Below are positions 45,323 through 57,917 of a DNA stretch of 64,000 nt, in pieces (positions within the stretch are counted from its first letter, which is position 1; every line of letters begins with the position of its first letter). The notes beneath the pieces were generated by a model that did no database searches, had not been told where the DNA came from, and saw nothing but the letters and a program-made list of their open reading frames with translations. Made by a program: the position numbers and the translations under genes. The DNA is from the human T2T-CHM13v2.0 reference genome, Homo sapiens. Where the stretch lies: NCBI RefSeq assembly GCF_009914755.1, contig NC_060927.1; one strand, given 5' to 3'.

Positions 45323-45634
45323 TTTTGCTATTGCTTTTTCGTTTTCTTTTGTTTCGTTTCGTTTCTAAGTTCTGGGGTATATGTGCAGGATGTGCAGATT
45401 TGTTACTAAGGTAAACGTGTGCCATGGTGGTTTGCTGCACCTGTCAACCCGTCACCTAGGTATTAAGCCCAGCATGCAGTAGCTGTTTTTCTTAACGCTC
45501 TGCCTCCCGAAAGGCCCCAGTGTGTGTTGTTCCCCTTCCTGTGTCCATGGGATCTCACTTTTCAGCTCCCATTATAAGTGAGAAGGTGGCGTTTGGTTTT
45601 CTTTCCCTGGATTAGTTTGCTGACGATAATGACC
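45323..45634 (-). mobile_element. L1PA 3' fragment
   Basis: Copy of 1451-1762. Confidence 0.9.
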
Positions 45635-46542
45635 ACACATCACCACTGTTTTTGTTTTTTAGTATAAAGAGTAGTATTTTATTGAATAAGATTTGCTCAC
45701 AGAAAAATAAGCTTAAATCTACAATGAATGCCAGACCCTACAGCAGAAAGCAATTTTCTCACTTTTCCACACACAATGGTTCCTACTAAGTGAAAAAAAA
45801 GCCATAAAATTTCATTCACAAATGTACTACTCTGTCTCAAAACATCTCACGTAATCATGCACTGTACTAAAGCCATCAGATCAGTTCTTCAGTCAGGTTA
45901 AAGAAGTATCCCTCTAATAACTGACTTTTATAATGCTATCAATATCCACTCCCAATCAGTCTGCCATTGTTAATGGTGTACAGCATTACTGAATACAACG
46001 GAATTGATGACGCCCATATCCACAGACAAACCGTGACTTATGATGGTTTGATTTATGATTTTTCAACGTTATGATGGGTTTATTGGAATATTAGATTCGT
46101 TTCTGAGTTACACTGGGTTTATGAGTATGCGACCCTACACTCCAGAAACAGCTGTATAAGGAAAAACAGGTGTACCTAATAAAAATATGCTTAGTGACTT
46201 GGGATAAACCAATAGATGTTCACAAGTGATGGAGAGCCGTGAAAGAGAGATAGCGGTAAATAGTTACAATAACACAATTTTCCTGCACCTGTCGAGGATT
46301 TCCCCCAAAAAACGCAGAATGTGGGATGCACCTAAGGCATATGAAAGAGAGAGGGCAGAAGGAGTAAGAGAGAAATAGGAGGAAGGAAGGAAGGAAGCAA
46401 GGAAGAAAGGAAGGAAGGAAAGAAGGAAGGTAGGACGGAAGGAAGGAAGGAAGGAAGGAAGGAAGGAAAGAAGGATGAAAGGAAGGAGAAAACACCGGTG
46501 TTACTAAAACCCCCCAAAAAATGGTTTTCCCCTGTGGGTAAG

Positions 46543-46884
46543 CCTACAATGTGGATGAATCTTGAAAATATTTTGCTACGTGATATGTCAGTCATAGCAG
46601 CTCACCTATTGTGCAATTCCGTTTATAGGAAATGTCCACAATATGGAAATCTATGCATATGGGATTGATCGCACTAGGTAGTTGCTACCTGGGGCTGAGG
46701 GTCAGGGAGAGGGTTTGAGACAGAATGAGGAGTGACTAATGTCTACAGGGTCTTTCTCTGGTCGGGGGTGATAAGACGTTTTACAATGGATTGCGAATTA
46801 AAATTGAATGTGCACAACCACAGGTATACTAAAAGCCACTCAATTCATGACCTTTAATGGGGGAATCTTACGTGGCGTAGTCTC
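46543..46884 (+). mobile_element. L1MB 3' fragment
   Basis: Copy of 2679-3020. Confidence 0.8.
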
Positions 46885-47084
46885 ATGGAGACCACGGCAG
46901 ACATAGTGAGAGAGAAAAAGGTGAGTAAATATCTGAAACGGAGGCAGAAACAGAGAGAATGAAAAGCCCTGTGAATGGAAGGGAGAGCGAAAAGGGAAAA
47001 TGGTCCTATTTACAAATGACAGATGTGAAACTGGGGTTCACATCAACAGTGTCACTGCCAGGAAGGAGGGTCATGCTAGCCATG

Positions 47085-50066
47085 TCACCGGTAGTGTGGC
47101 CCGCAGGGACGCCGACCTGCTGGAGCGTCGTGCCAGCATGGGCTGTGGCAAGCACGTGGGCCAGCAGGAGGTTCCCGCTGCACAGCTGTGGGGTGAGGAT
47201 AGACTGGGTGGTGATATCGGCCATTACAGGGGCCTCTTCTGCTGGCAAGAGTGTGACAGTAGCAAGTAGATGGACAGGCCTGCGTGTGAGGACGGAATGC
47301 AGGAGGGGTTCTTGTGCGCCTGGGTGTGGGGCCCTCACGGGAACCGTGGAGAAATGGCCAGGTAACTGCGTCATGTGGGCTAGTAGATTGGCCAGGGCTT
47401 CGAACTGAAGGACGATAATGGGGAGTAGCTGTCAGGCCCTGGGAGTGCCTGAGTGTAAGTGGAGATGGGTTTGGGGTCACTGAGGGATGCGTGGGAGCCA
47501 TCCCTGTATAGGTACAGGTCATAGGGAGATAGTCTCGTGAGGCCTGTGAGTGTCTAGGGTTGTCCTGGGTGCCTGGGGCTGACTGTGGCAGAAATCTGGG
47601 GAAGGCTGGAGAGAAGCTGGGAGACCCAGGAGAGTCCCTGAAGGCAGGGGGTGAAGAGGTGAAAGAAATGGGGGAGGGTTGCAGTAAGGTCCGTGAGTTT
47701 GTAGGTGATTCCTGGGTGCGGGAAGCTGACTCCAGGTGAAATCTGGAGATGGTTGGAGAGTAGCTGAGAGAGACAGAAGAGTCCTTGAGGGCTGGGGGTG
47801 AGAACATGAGGGAGACGGGGGAGTAAGTCAGTGAAATTCGTGAGTTCGGTGGTGTATCGTGGGTGCCTGGAACTGACTCCAGCTGGAATCTAGAGAAGTT
47901 TTGAGAGTAGCTGAAGGAGACACAAGAGTCCCTGTGGGCTGAGGGCAAAGACCTGAGAGAGACCAGGGAGGACCTCAGTGAAGTCTGTGAGTCTGTAGGT
48001 GATTCCGGAGTGTGGGAGGCTGACTCCCGCTGAAATCTGGGCGTGGTGGGAGAGTAGCTGGGACAGACAGGAGAGTCCCAGGGGGCTGGGGGTGAAGACA
48101 TGAGAGAGACTGGGGAGTAACTCAGTGAAATTGCTGAGTTGGTTGGTGATACCTGGGTGCCTGGAACTGACCCCCGCTGAAATCTGGGCATGGTTGGAGA
48201 GTAGCTGGGACACACAGGAGAGTCCCTGAGGGCTGGGGGTGAAGACATGAGCGAGACCGGGGAGTAACTGAGTGAAACTGGTGAGTTTGGTGGTGACTCC
48301 GGGGTGCCTGGAACTGACTCCAGCTGAAATGTGGGCGTGGTTGGAGAGTAGCTGGGACAGACAGGAGAGTCCCTGAGGACTGGTGAAGACATGAGAGAGA
48401 GTGGAGAGTAATTGAGTGAAATTGGTGAGTTTGGTGGTGATTCCTGGGTGCCTGGAACTGACTCCCGCTGAAGTGTGGGCGTGGTTGGAGAGTAGCTGGG
48501 ACACACAGGAGAGTCCCTGAGGGTTGGAGATAAAGACGTGCTAGAGACTGAGGAGTAACTGAGTGAAATTGGTGAGTTTGGTGGTGATTCCGGGGTGCCT
48601 GGAACGGACTCCAGCTGAAATGTGGGCGTGGTTGGAGAGTAGCTGGGACAGACGGGAGAGTCCCTGAGGGATGGTGAAGACATGAGAGAGACTGGGGAGT
48701 AACGCAGTGAAATTGGTGAGTTTGGTGGTGATTTCTGGGTGTCTGCAACGGACTCCCGCTGAAGTGTGGGCGTGCTTGGAGAGTAGCTGGGACAGACAGG
48801 CGAGTCCCTGAGGGTTGGAGATAAAGACGTGCTGGAGACTGGGGAGTAACTCAGTGAAAGTGGTGGGCTTGGTGGTGATCCCAGGGTTCCTGGAACTGAC
48901 CCGCGCTGAAATGTGGGCGTGGTTGGAGAGTAGCTGGGACAGACTGGAGGGTCCGTAAGGGCTGGGGGTGAAGACGTGAGAGAGACTGGCGAGGATCTCA
49001 CTGAGGTCTGTGAGTTTGTAGGTGTTTCTGGGGTGTGGGGTACAGACTCCCGCTGAAATCTGGGCGTAGTTGGAGAGTAGCTGGGACAGACAGGAGAGTC
49101 ATGGGTGGCTGGGGGTGAGCTGCTGGATGATGGCAGTAAGAACATATGGTACATTATTGATGAATGAGGTGACTGTGAAGAATCTCCAGAGGAGGACACG
49201 GGAGAACACAATGACATGAGTGACTGTCCTGCTTGGTTAGGAAAGGGAAACGTAAAGTTGTGGAATTCTGTTGATGATGGATGTGAGAGTGGTGAAGCCC
49301 TGCGGGATGATGTAGAGGACTTCCACATCCCTGGTGAGGAGCTGCCCCTTGGGTCTGAGTTTCTGGGAGGGGAGAGGGAGAAGCTGGGTGAGGCAGGCAT
49401 GAATCTTGAGGAGTCAGGGCTGGGGGACCGCTCATATTCTCCCGAGACCTGTGAGTCTCTGGGGGACTCCTGGGTGCATGGGGCTGACTCCCGCAGGAAC
49501 CTGGGGATGGCTGGAGAGTAACTGGGAGCCACAGGAGGGTCCCTGAGGCCTGGGGGTGAAGAGATGCAAGACACAGGGGTGGAGCAGCGTGAGGCTCGTG
49601 AGTTTGTAGGTGATTCCTGGGTGTGGGGGGCTGACTCCAGCTGAAATCTGGGGTTGTTTGGAGAGTAGCTGGGAGACACAGGAGACCCCCCGAGAGCTGG
49701 GGGTGAGCTGCTGGGTGATGGCAGTAAGAACATGTGGTATATTATTGATGAACGTGGGGACTCTGAGGAGTCCTCAGAGGAGGACACGGCAGAGCCCAAT
49801 GGCTTCATTGATTGCCCATCACGGTGAGGACAGGGAAATGGGAGCTTGTGGGATTCTGGTGATGACAGAGGTGAGTGTGGTGAAGCCCTAGGGGATGGTG
49901 AATGGTAGTTCCGGATCCCTGGTGAGGAGCTTCCCCTTAAGCCTGAGTTTCTGAGAGGGGAGAGGGAGAAGCTGGGTGAGGCTCGCATGGACCTTGGGGT
50001 GTCCGTGCTGGGGGACCGTTCATAAGAAGAGCCAGACAAGACCCTACTGTTCTTAGGTGCAGACAT
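47085..50066 (-). CDS. 993-aa CTD-like repeat protein, copy 8
   Basis: Intact ORF; PPALKDSS variant. Confidence 0.7.
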   Translation of the reverse strand: MSAPKNSRVLSGSSYERSPSTDTPRSMRASPSFSLSPLRNSGLRGSSSPGIRNYHSPSPRASPHSPLSSPESHKLPFPCPHRDGQSMKPLGSAVSSSEDSSESPRSSIIYHMFLLPSPSSSPPALGGSPVSPSYSPNNPRFQLESAPHTQESPTNSRASRCSTPVSCISSPPGLRDPPVAPSYSPAIPRFLRESAPCTQESPRDSQVSGEYERSPSPDSSRFMPASPSFSLSPPRNSDPRGSSSPGMWKSSTSSRRASPLSHPSSTEFHNFTFPFPNQAGQSLMSLCSPVSSSGDSSQSPHSSIMYHMFLLPSSSSSPPATHDSPVCPSYSPTTPRFQRESVPHTPETPTNSQTSVRSSPVSLTSSPPALTDPPVCPSYSPTTPTFQRGSVPGTLGSPPSPPLSLSYSPVSSTSLSPTLRDSPVCPSYSPSTPTLQRESVADTQKSPPNSPISLRYSPVSLMSSPSLRDSPVCPSYSPTTPTFQLESVPGTPESPPNSPISLSYSSVSSTSLSPTLRDSPVCPSYSPTTPTLQRESVPGTQESPPNSPISLNYSPLSLMSSPVLRDSPVCPSYSPTTPTFQLESVPGTPESPPNSPVSLSYSPVSLMSSPPALRDSPVCPSYSPTMPRFQRGSVPGTQVSPTNSAISLSYSPVSLMSSPPAPWDSPVCPSYSPTTPRFQRESASHTPESPTDSQTSLRSSLVSLRSLPSAHRDSCVSFSYSQNFSRFQLESVPGTHDTPPNSRISLTYSPVSLMFSPPALKDSSVSLSYSPTISRFHLESASRTQESPTNSRTLLQPSPISFTSSPPAFRDSPGSPSFSPAFPRFLPQSAPGTQDNPRHSQASRDYLPMTCTYTGMAPTHPSVTPNPSPLTLRHSQGLTATPHYRPSVRSPGQSTSPHDAVTWPFLHGSREGPTPRRTRTPPAFRPHTQACPSTCYCHTLASRRGPCNGRYHHPVYPHPTAVQREPPAGPRACHSPCWHDAPAGRRPCGPHYR
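47534..49119 (-). repeat. ACRO1-like array, 11 monomers
   Basis: As unit 1. Confidence 0.9.
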
Positions 50067-50141
50067 GATTAGGAAACCTGCAGCTCCCAGGGGCCCCTAC
50101 TAATGTTCTAACTCGCAGAAGGAAGGAGTGTGTGTGCGTGT

Positions 50142-50174
<33 letters not shown>

Positions 50175-50379
50175 CTTGTGTGTGTGCGGTGTGAGGTATG
50201 TGTCCCTTAAGAAAATGGAAATCAACCAACCAATGAGACAGAGAGACAGACAGACAGAGATTCACTTGCCCAAGTGTTCTGTCCTGTCCTCTGAATCCGC
50301 TTCCAAGTCGCAAGACGCTGTGAGCTCCAAGTCCACGCAGAGTCCGCCAAACGCTCCGGCCGCTGATCCGCTCCGCGAA

Positions 50380-50448
50380 GATCTGAGTACAGGCCAGCCA
50401 GGGTGGGTTTAAATAGCCTCGGGCGCAGCCTAGCAGCGGAAAGGGCGG
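50380..50448 (-). promoter_or_regulatory. Core promoter, copy 8 (predicted TSS 50384)
   Basis: Same motifs. Confidence 0.65.
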
Positions 50449-51007
50449 AGCTTCACTCCTCCTTTCCATCAGTCACCCCCAACTTTCCCAGGCTACACCT
50501 CGTAGGAAACTGTTCTCCTGCTTTGATTTCATGCGCCACCTTTGGGACAATCTAAGAACTTACAGGTTTTCTTGGCCAGATTTATTAGGAATTGTATGCA
50601 CTGAAACACTGAAAACCAACTAGTGGTTCTGTGCTTCCCACGTTGTGGTTTTGACACCAGCAGCATCCTTGCCACAATCAAACCCCGGAGATCCGCAGAT
50701 CTGTGTTGTAACAAGACCTCCCCCTGACCCTGAAGCATGGCAGTTGAAGAAGTCTTTCCGTGTAAGCGAAAAGACTTTGAAGAAAAGGTGGAGATATGCG
50801 TTGTATAAACATTCTTTTGCTCTGGAACCACGTAGAGACTTGGGAGCCAGTTGGGTGGAGCATTCGTTGGATGAGGGTGCTCGGGTTAGGAATATCAAGG
50901 TGTTTCTCCAGATAATCCAATCATCTAATTAAGATTCCAGTTATGCTCATCTGTTTTAAAATTCCGTTTGGGTAAATTCTTTTAGTCAGACTGAGAATGG
51001 CAAAGCC

Positions 51008-51462
51008 TCAACCCCAATTTCCAGGGAGGGTGGAGAGCCTCAGGTGGAGTTGATCACCAATAGCCTATGGTTTAACCCATCATGCCTATAAAATGTGGTC
51101 TCCATCAAAACCCAAAAGGACTGGGTTCAGAGAGCTTCTGGATAACACTTCCTGGAAGGTAGTGCGCCCCTCCCCGCATGGCGGGCCCCACATTTATTTC
51201 TGAACTTTGTGCAATGTCCGCTAAAATACAACGGCAAATGTAAGTGTTTCCCTGCGTGCTGTGAGCTCTTCCAGCAAATGAATGCACCTAAATCTGGCAG
51301 TGGTGGCAACCTGATTTATAGCCAGTTGCTGAGAAGCACAGGTAAAACAACGTAGGGCTTCCCATTGTTATTGGTGTGGGAGGCCTGTCTGGCGGGACTC
51401 GGCCCTTTGGAATCTAATGCTATGTCCCGGTAGATAGCGTCACCATTGAATTAGAAGACACA
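51008..51462 (+). mobile_element. MER21-family LTR remnant
   Basis: Copy of 832-1286. Confidence 0.75.
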
Positions 51463-51626
51463 CATATGTGGAGAATAATCTTTCTGGTCATTTACTGCAT
51501 GTCATATTTACAATATGTAATCAAATTCTTTATCCTGACCTTATGGCACCTGGGTTTAGGACCATGATTTGAACCAAACGTTGGTCTGTCACTTTCTGAG
51601 TTTGAAACTTTATTTTGCCTTTAGCG

Positions 51627-51938
51627 TTTTGCTATTGCTTTTTCGTTTTCTTTTGTTTCGTTTCGTTTCTAAGTTCTGGGGTATATGTGCAGGATGTGCA
51701 GATTTGTTACTAAGGTAAACGTGTGCCATGGTGGTTTGCTGCACCTGTCAACCCGTCACCTAGGTATTAAGCCCAGCATGCAGTAGCTGTTTTTCTTAAC
51801 GCTCTGCCTCCCGAAAGGCCCCAGTGTGTGTTGTTCCCCTTCCTGTGTCCATGGGATCTCACTTTTCAGCTCCCATTATAAGTGAGAAGGTGGCGTTTGG
51901 TTTTCTTTCCCTGGATTAGTTTGCTGACGATAATGACC
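51627..51938 (-). mobile_element. L1PA 3' fragment
   Basis: Copy of 1451-1762. Confidence 0.9.
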
Positions 51939-52846
51939 ACACATCACCACTGTTTTTGTTTTTTAGTATAAAGAGTAGTATTTTATTGAATAAGATTTGC
52001 TCACAGAAAAATAAGCTTAAATCTACAATGAATGCCAGACCCTACAGCAGAAAGCAATTTTCTCACTTTTCCACACACAATGGTTCCTACTAAGTGAAAA
52101 AAAAGCCATAAAATTTCATTCACAAATGTACTACTCTGTCTCAAAACATCTCACGTAATCATGCACTGTACTAAAGCCATCAGATCAGTTCTTCAGTCAG
52201 GTTAAAGAAGTATCCCTCTAATAACTGACTTTTATAATGCTATCAATATCCACTCCCAATCAGTCTGCCATTGTTAATGGTGTACAGCATTACTGAATAC
52301 AACGGAATTGATGACGCCCATATCCACAGACAAACCGTGACTTATGATGGTTTGATTTATGATTTTTCAACGTTATGATGGGTTTATTGGAATATTAGAT
52401 TCGTTTCTGAGTTACACTGGGTTTATGAGTATGCGACCCTACACTCCAGAAACAGCTGTATAAGGAAAAACAGGTGTACCTAATAAAAATATGCTTAGTG
52501 ACTTGGGATAAACCAATAGATGTTCACAAGTGATGGAGAGCCGTGAAAGAGAGATAGCGGTAAATAGTTACAATAACACAATTTTCCTGCACCTGTCGAG
52601 GATTTCCCCCAAAAAACGCAGAATGTGGGATGCACCTAAGGCATATGAAAGAGAGAGGGCAGAAGGAGTAAGAGAGAAATAGGAGGAAGGAAGGAAGGAA
52701 GCAAGGAAGAAAGGAAGGAAGGAAAGAAGGAAGGTAGGACGGAAGGAAGGAAGGAAGGAAGGAAGGAAGGAAAGAAGGATGAAAGGAAGGAGAAAACACC
52801 GGTGTTACTAAAACCCCCCAAAAAATGGTTTTCCCCTGTGGGTAAG

Positions 52847-53188
52847 CCTACAATGTGGATGAATCTTGAAAATATTTTGCTACGTGATATGTCAGTCATA
52901 GCAGCTCACCTATTGTGCAATTCCGTTTATAGGAAATGTCCACAATATGGAAATCTATGCATATGGGATTGATCGCACTAGGTAGTTGCTACCTGGGGCT
53001 GAGGGTCAGGGAGAGGGTTTGAGACAGAATGAGGAGTGACTAATGTCTACAGGGTCTTTCTCTGGTCGGGGGTGATAAGACGTTTTACAATGGATTGCGA
53101 ATTAAAATTGAATGTGCACAACCACAGGTATACTAAAAGCCACTCAATTCATGACCTTTAATGGGGGAATCTTACGTGGCGTAGTCTC
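52847..53188 (+). mobile_element. L1MB 3' fragment
   Basis: Copy of 2679-3020. Confidence 0.8.
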
Positions 53189-53388
53189 ATGGAGACCACG
53201 GCAGACATAGTGAGAGAGAAAAAGGTGAGTAAATATCTGAAACGGAGGCAGAAACAGAGAGAATGAAAAGCCCTGTGAATGGAAGGGAGAGCGAAAAGGG
53301 AAAATGGTCCTATTTACAAATGACAGATGTGAAACTGGGGTTCACATCAACAGTGTCACTGCCAGGAAGGAGGGTCATGCTAGCCATG

Positions 53389-56370
53389 TCACCGGTAGTG
53401 TGGCCCGCAGGGACGCCGACCTGCTGGAGCGTCGTGCCAGCATGGGCTGTGGCAAGCACGTGGGCCAGCAGGAGGTTCCCGCTGCACAGCTGTGGGGTGA
53501 GGATAGACTGGGTGGTGATATCGGCCATTACAGGGGCCTCTTCTGCTGGCAAGAGTGTGACAGTAGCAAGTAGATGGACAGGCCTGCGTGTGAGGACGGA
53601 ATGCAGGAGGGGTTCTTGTGCGCCTGGGTGTGGGGCCCTCACGGGAACCGTGGAGAAATGGCCAGGTAACTGCGTCATGTGGGCTAGTAGATTGGCCAGG
53701 GCTTCGAACTGAAGGACGATAATGGGGAGTAGCTGTCAGGCCCTGGGAGTGCCTGAGTGTAAGTGGAGATGGGTTTGGGGTCACTGAGGGATGCGTGGGA
53801 GCCATCCCTGTATAGGTACAGGTCATAGGGAGATAGTCTCGTGAGGCCTGTGAGTGTCTAGGGTTGTCCTGGGTGCCTGGGGCTGACTGTGGCAGAAATC
53901 TGGGGAAGGCTGGAGAGAAGCTGGGAGACCCAGGAGAGTCCCTGAAGGCAGGGGGTGAAGAGGTGAAAGAAATGGGGGAGGGTTGCAGTAAGGTCCGTGA
54001 GTTTGTAGGTGATTCCTGGGTGCGGGAAGCTGACTCCAGGTGAAATCTGGAGATGGTTGGAGAGTAGCTGAGAGAGACAGAAGAGTCCTTGAGGGCTGGG
54101 GGTGAGAACATGAGGGAGACGGGGGAGTAAGTCAGTGAAATTCGTGAGTTCGGTGGTGTATCGTGGGTGCCTGGAACTGACTCCAGCTGGAATCTAGAGA
54201 AGTTTTGAGAGTAGCTGAAGGAGACACAAGAGTCCCTGTGGGCTGAGGGCAAAGACCTGAGAGAGACCAGGGAGGACCTCAGTGAAGTCTGTGAGTCTGT
54301 AGGTGATTCCGGAGTGTGGGAGGCTGACTCCCGCTGAAATCTGGGCGTGGTGGGAGAGTAGCTGGGACAGACAGGAGAGTCCCAGGGGGCTGGGGGTGAA
54401 GACATGAGAGAGACTGGGGAGTAACTCAGTGAAATTGCTGAGTTGGTTGGTGATACCTGGGTGCCTGGAACTGACCCCCGCTGAAATCTGGGCATGGTTG
54501 GAGAGTAGCTGGGACACACAGGAGAGTCCCTGAGGGCTGGGGGTGAAGACATGAGCGAGACCGGGGAGTAACTGAGTGAAACTGGTGAGTTTGGTGGTGA
54601 CTCCGGGGTGCCTGGAACTGACTCCAGCTGAAATGTGGGCGTGGTTGGAGAGTAGCTGGGACAGACAGGAGAGTCCCTGAGGACTGGTGAAGACATGAGA
54701 GAGAGTGGAGAGTAATTGAGTGAAATTGGTGAGTTTGGTGGTGATTCCTGGGTGCCTGGAACTGACTCCCGCTGAAGTGTGGGCGTGGTTGGAGAGTAGC
54801 TGGGACACACAGGAGAGTCCCTGAGGGTTGGAGATAAAGACGTGCTAGAGACTGAGGAGTAACTGAGTGAAATTGGTGAGTTTGGTGGTGATTCCGGGGT
54901 GCCTGGAACGGACTCCAGCTGAAATGTGGGCGTGGTTGGAGAGTAGCTGGGACAGACGGGAGAGTCCCTGAGGGATGGTGAAGACATGAGAGAGACTGGG
55001 GAGTAACGCAGTGAAATTGGTGAGTTTGGTGGTGATTTCTGGGTGTCTGCAACGGACTCCCGCTGAAGTGTGGGCGTGCTTGGAGAGTAGCTGGGACAGA
55101 CAGGCGAGTCCCTGAGGGTTGGAGATAAAGACGTGCTGGAGACTGGGGAGTAACTCAGTGAAAGTGGTGGGCTTGGTGGTGATCCCAGGGTTCCTGGAAC
55201 TGACCCGCGCTGAAATGTGGGCGTGGTTGGAGAGTAGCTGGGACAGACTGGAGGGTCCGTAAGGGCTGGGGGTGAAGACGTGAGAGAGACTGGCGAGGAT
55301 CTCACTGAGGTCTGTGAGTTTGTAGGTGTTTCTGGGGTGTGGGGTACAGACTCCCGCTGAAATCTGGGCGTAGTTGGAGAGTAGCTGGGACAGACAGGAG
55401 AGTCATGGGTGGCTGGGGGTGAGCTGCTGGATGATGGCAGTAAGAACATATGGTACATTATTGATGAATGAGGTGACTGTGAAGAATCTCCAGAGGAGGA
55501 CACGGGAGAACACAATGACATGAGTGACTGTCCTGCTTGGTTAGGAAAGGGAAACGTAAAGTTGTGGAATTCTGTTGATGATGGATGTGAGAGTGGTGAA
55601 GCCCTGCGGGATGATGTAGAGGACTTCCACATCCCTGGTGAGGAGCTGCCCCTTGGGTCTGAGTTTCTGGGAGGGGAGAGGGAGAAGCTGGGTGAGGCAG
55701 GCATGAATCTTGAGGAGTCAGGGCTGGGGGACCGCTCATATTCTCCCGAGACCTGTGAGTCTCTGGGGGACTCCTGGGTGCATGGGGCTGACTCCCGCAG
55801 GAACCTGGGGATGGCTGGAGAGTAACTGGGAGCCACAGGAGGGTCCCTGAGGCCTGGGGGTGAAGAGATGCAAGACACAGGGGTGGAGCAGCGTGAGGCT
55901 CGTGAGTTTGTAGGTGATTCCTGGGTGTGGGGGGCTGACTCCAGCTGAAATCTGGGGTTGTTTGGAGAGTAGCTGGGAGACACAGGAGACCCCCCGAGAG
56001 CTGGGGGTGAGCTGCTGGGTGATGGCAGTAAGAACATGTGGTATATTATTGATGAACGTGGGGACTCTGAGGAGTCCTCAGAGGAGGACACGGCAGAGCC
56101 CAATGGCTTCATTGATTGCCCATCACGGTGAGGACAGGGAAATGGGAGCTTGTGGGATTCTGGTGATGACAGAGGTGAGTGTGGTGAAGCCCTAGGGGAT
56201 GGTGAATGGTAGTTCCGGATCCCTGGTGAGGAGCTTCCCCTTAAGCCTGAGTTTCTGAGAGGGGAGAGGGAGAAGCTGGGTGAGGCTCGCATGGACCTTG
56301 GGGTGTCCGTGCTGGGGGACCGTTCATAAGAAGAGCCAGACAAGACCCTACTGTTCTTAGGTGCAGACAT
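53389..56370 (-). CDS. 993-aa CTD-like repeat protein, copy 9
   Basis: Intact ORF; PPALKDSS variant. Confidence 0.7.
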   Translation of the reverse strand: MSAPKNSRVLSGSSYERSPSTDTPRSMRASPSFSLSPLRNSGLRGSSSPGIRNYHSPSPRASPHSPLSSPESHKLPFPCPHRDGQSMKPLGSAVSSSEDSSESPRSSIIYHMFLLPSPSSSPPALGGSPVSPSYSPNNPRFQLESAPHTQESPTNSRASRCSTPVSCISSPPGLRDPPVAPSYSPAIPRFLRESAPCTQESPRDSQVSGEYERSPSPDSSRFMPASPSFSLSPPRNSDPRGSSSPGMWKSSTSSRRASPLSHPSSTEFHNFTFPFPNQAGQSLMSLCSPVSSSGDSSQSPHSSIMYHMFLLPSSSSSPPATHDSPVCPSYSPTTPRFQRESVPHTPETPTNSQTSVRSSPVSLTSSPPALTDPPVCPSYSPTTPTFQRGSVPGTLGSPPSPPLSLSYSPVSSTSLSPTLRDSPVCPSYSPSTPTLQRESVADTQKSPPNSPISLRYSPVSLMSSPSLRDSPVCPSYSPTTPTFQLESVPGTPESPPNSPISLSYSSVSSTSLSPTLRDSPVCPSYSPTTPTLQRESVPGTQESPPNSPISLNYSPLSLMSSPVLRDSPVCPSYSPTTPTFQLESVPGTPESPPNSPVSLSYSPVSLMSSPPALRDSPVCPSYSPTMPRFQRGSVPGTQVSPTNSAISLSYSPVSLMSSPPAPWDSPVCPSYSPTTPRFQRESASHTPESPTDSQTSLRSSLVSLRSLPSAHRDSCVSFSYSQNFSRFQLESVPGTHDTPPNSRISLTYSPVSLMFSPPALKDSSVSLSYSPTISRFHLESASRTQESPTNSRTLLQPSPISFTSSPPAFRDSPGSPSFSPAFPRFLPQSAPGTQDNPRHSQASRDYLPMTCTYTGMAPTHPSVTPNPSPLTLRHSQGLTATPHYRPSVRSPGQSTSPHDAVTWPFLHGSREGPTPRRTRTPPAFRPHTQACPSTCYCHTLASRRGPCNGRYHHPVYPHPTAVQREPPAGPRACHSPCWHDAPAGRRPCGPHYR
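53838..55423 (-). repeat. ACRO1-like array, 11 monomers
   Basis: As unit 1. Confidence 0.9.
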
Positions 56371-56445
56371 GATTAGGAAACCTGCAGCTCCCAGGGGCCC
56401 CTACTAATGTTCTAACTCGCAGAAGGAAGGAGTGTGTGTGCGTGT

Positions 56446-56478
<33 letters not shown>

Positions 56479-56683
56479 CTTGTGTGTGTGCGGTGTGAGG
56501 TATGTGTCCCTTAAGAAAATGGAAATCAACCAACCAATGAGACAGAGAGACAGACAGACAGAGATTCACTTGCCCAAGTGTTCTGTCCTGTCCTCTGAAT
56601 CCGCTTCCAAGTCGCAAGACGCTGTGAGCTCCAAGTCCACGCAGAGTCCGCCAAACGCTCCGGCCGCTGATCCGCTCCGCGAA

Positions 56684-56752
56684 GATCTGAGTACAGGCCA
56701 GCCAGGGTGGGTTTAAATAGCCTCGGGCGCAGCCTAGCAGCGGAAAGGGCGG
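56684..56752 (-). promoter_or_regulatory. Core promoter, copy 9 (predicted TSS 56688)
   Basis: Same motifs. Confidence 0.65.
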
Positions 56753-57311
56753 AGCTTCACTCCTCCTTTCCATCAGTCACCCCCAACTTTCCCAGGCTAC
56801 ACCTCGTAGGAAACTGTTCTCCTGCTTTGATTTCATGCGCCACCTTTGGGACAATCTAAGAACTTACAGGTTTTCTTGGCCAGATTTATTAGGAATTGTA
56901 TGCACTGAAACACTGAAAACCAACTAGTGGTTCTGTGCTTCCCACGTTGTGGTTTTGACACCAGCAGCATCCTTGCCACAATCAAACCCCGGAGATCCGC
57001 AGATCTGTGTTGTAACAAGACCTCCCCCTGACCCTGAAGCATGGCAGTTGAAGAAGTCTTTCCGTGTAAGCGAAAAGACTTTGAAGAAAAGGTGGAGATA
57101 TGCGTTGTATAAACATTCTTTTGCTCTGGAACCACGTAGAGACTTGGGAGCCAGTTGGGTGGAGCATTCGTTGGATGAGGGTGCTCGGGTTAGGAATATC
57201 AAGGTGTTTCTCCAGATAATCCAATCATCTAATTAAGATTCCAGTTATGCTCATCTGTTTTAAAATTCCGTTTGGGTAAATTCTTTTAGTCAGACTGAGA
57301 ATGGCAAAGCC

Positions 57312-57766
57312 TCAACCCCAATTTCCAGGGAGGGTGGAGAGCCTCAGGTGGAGTTGATCACCAATAGCCTATGGTTTAACCCATCATGCCTATAAAATGT
57401 GGTCTCCATCAAAACCCAAAAGGACTGGGTTCAGAGAGCTTCTGGATAACACTTCCTGGAAGGTAGTGCGCCCCTCCCCGCATGGCGGGCCCCACATTTA
57501 TTTCTGAACTTTGTGCAATGTCCGCTAAAATACAACGGCAAATGTAAGTGTTTCCCTGCGTGCTGTGAGCTCTTCCAGCAAATGAATGCACCTAAATCTG
57601 GCAGTGGTGGCAACCTGATTTATAGCCAGTTGCTGAGAAGCACAGGTAAAACAACGTAGGGCTTCCCATTGTTATTGGTGTGGGAGGCCTGTCTGGCGGG
57701 ACTCGGCCCTTTGGAATCTAATGCTATGTCCCGGTAGATAGCGTCACCATTGAATTAGAAGACACA
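57312..57766 (+). mobile_element. MER21-family LTR remnant
   Basis: Copy of 832-1286. Confidence 0.75.
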
Positions 57767-57917
57767 CATATGTGGAGAATAATCTTTCTGGTCATTTACT
57801 GCATGTCATATTTACAATATGTAATCAAATTCTTTATCCTGACCTTATGGCACCTGGGTTTGAACCAAAAGTTGGTCTGTCAGTTTCTGAGTTTGAAACT
57901 TTATTTTGCCTTTAGCG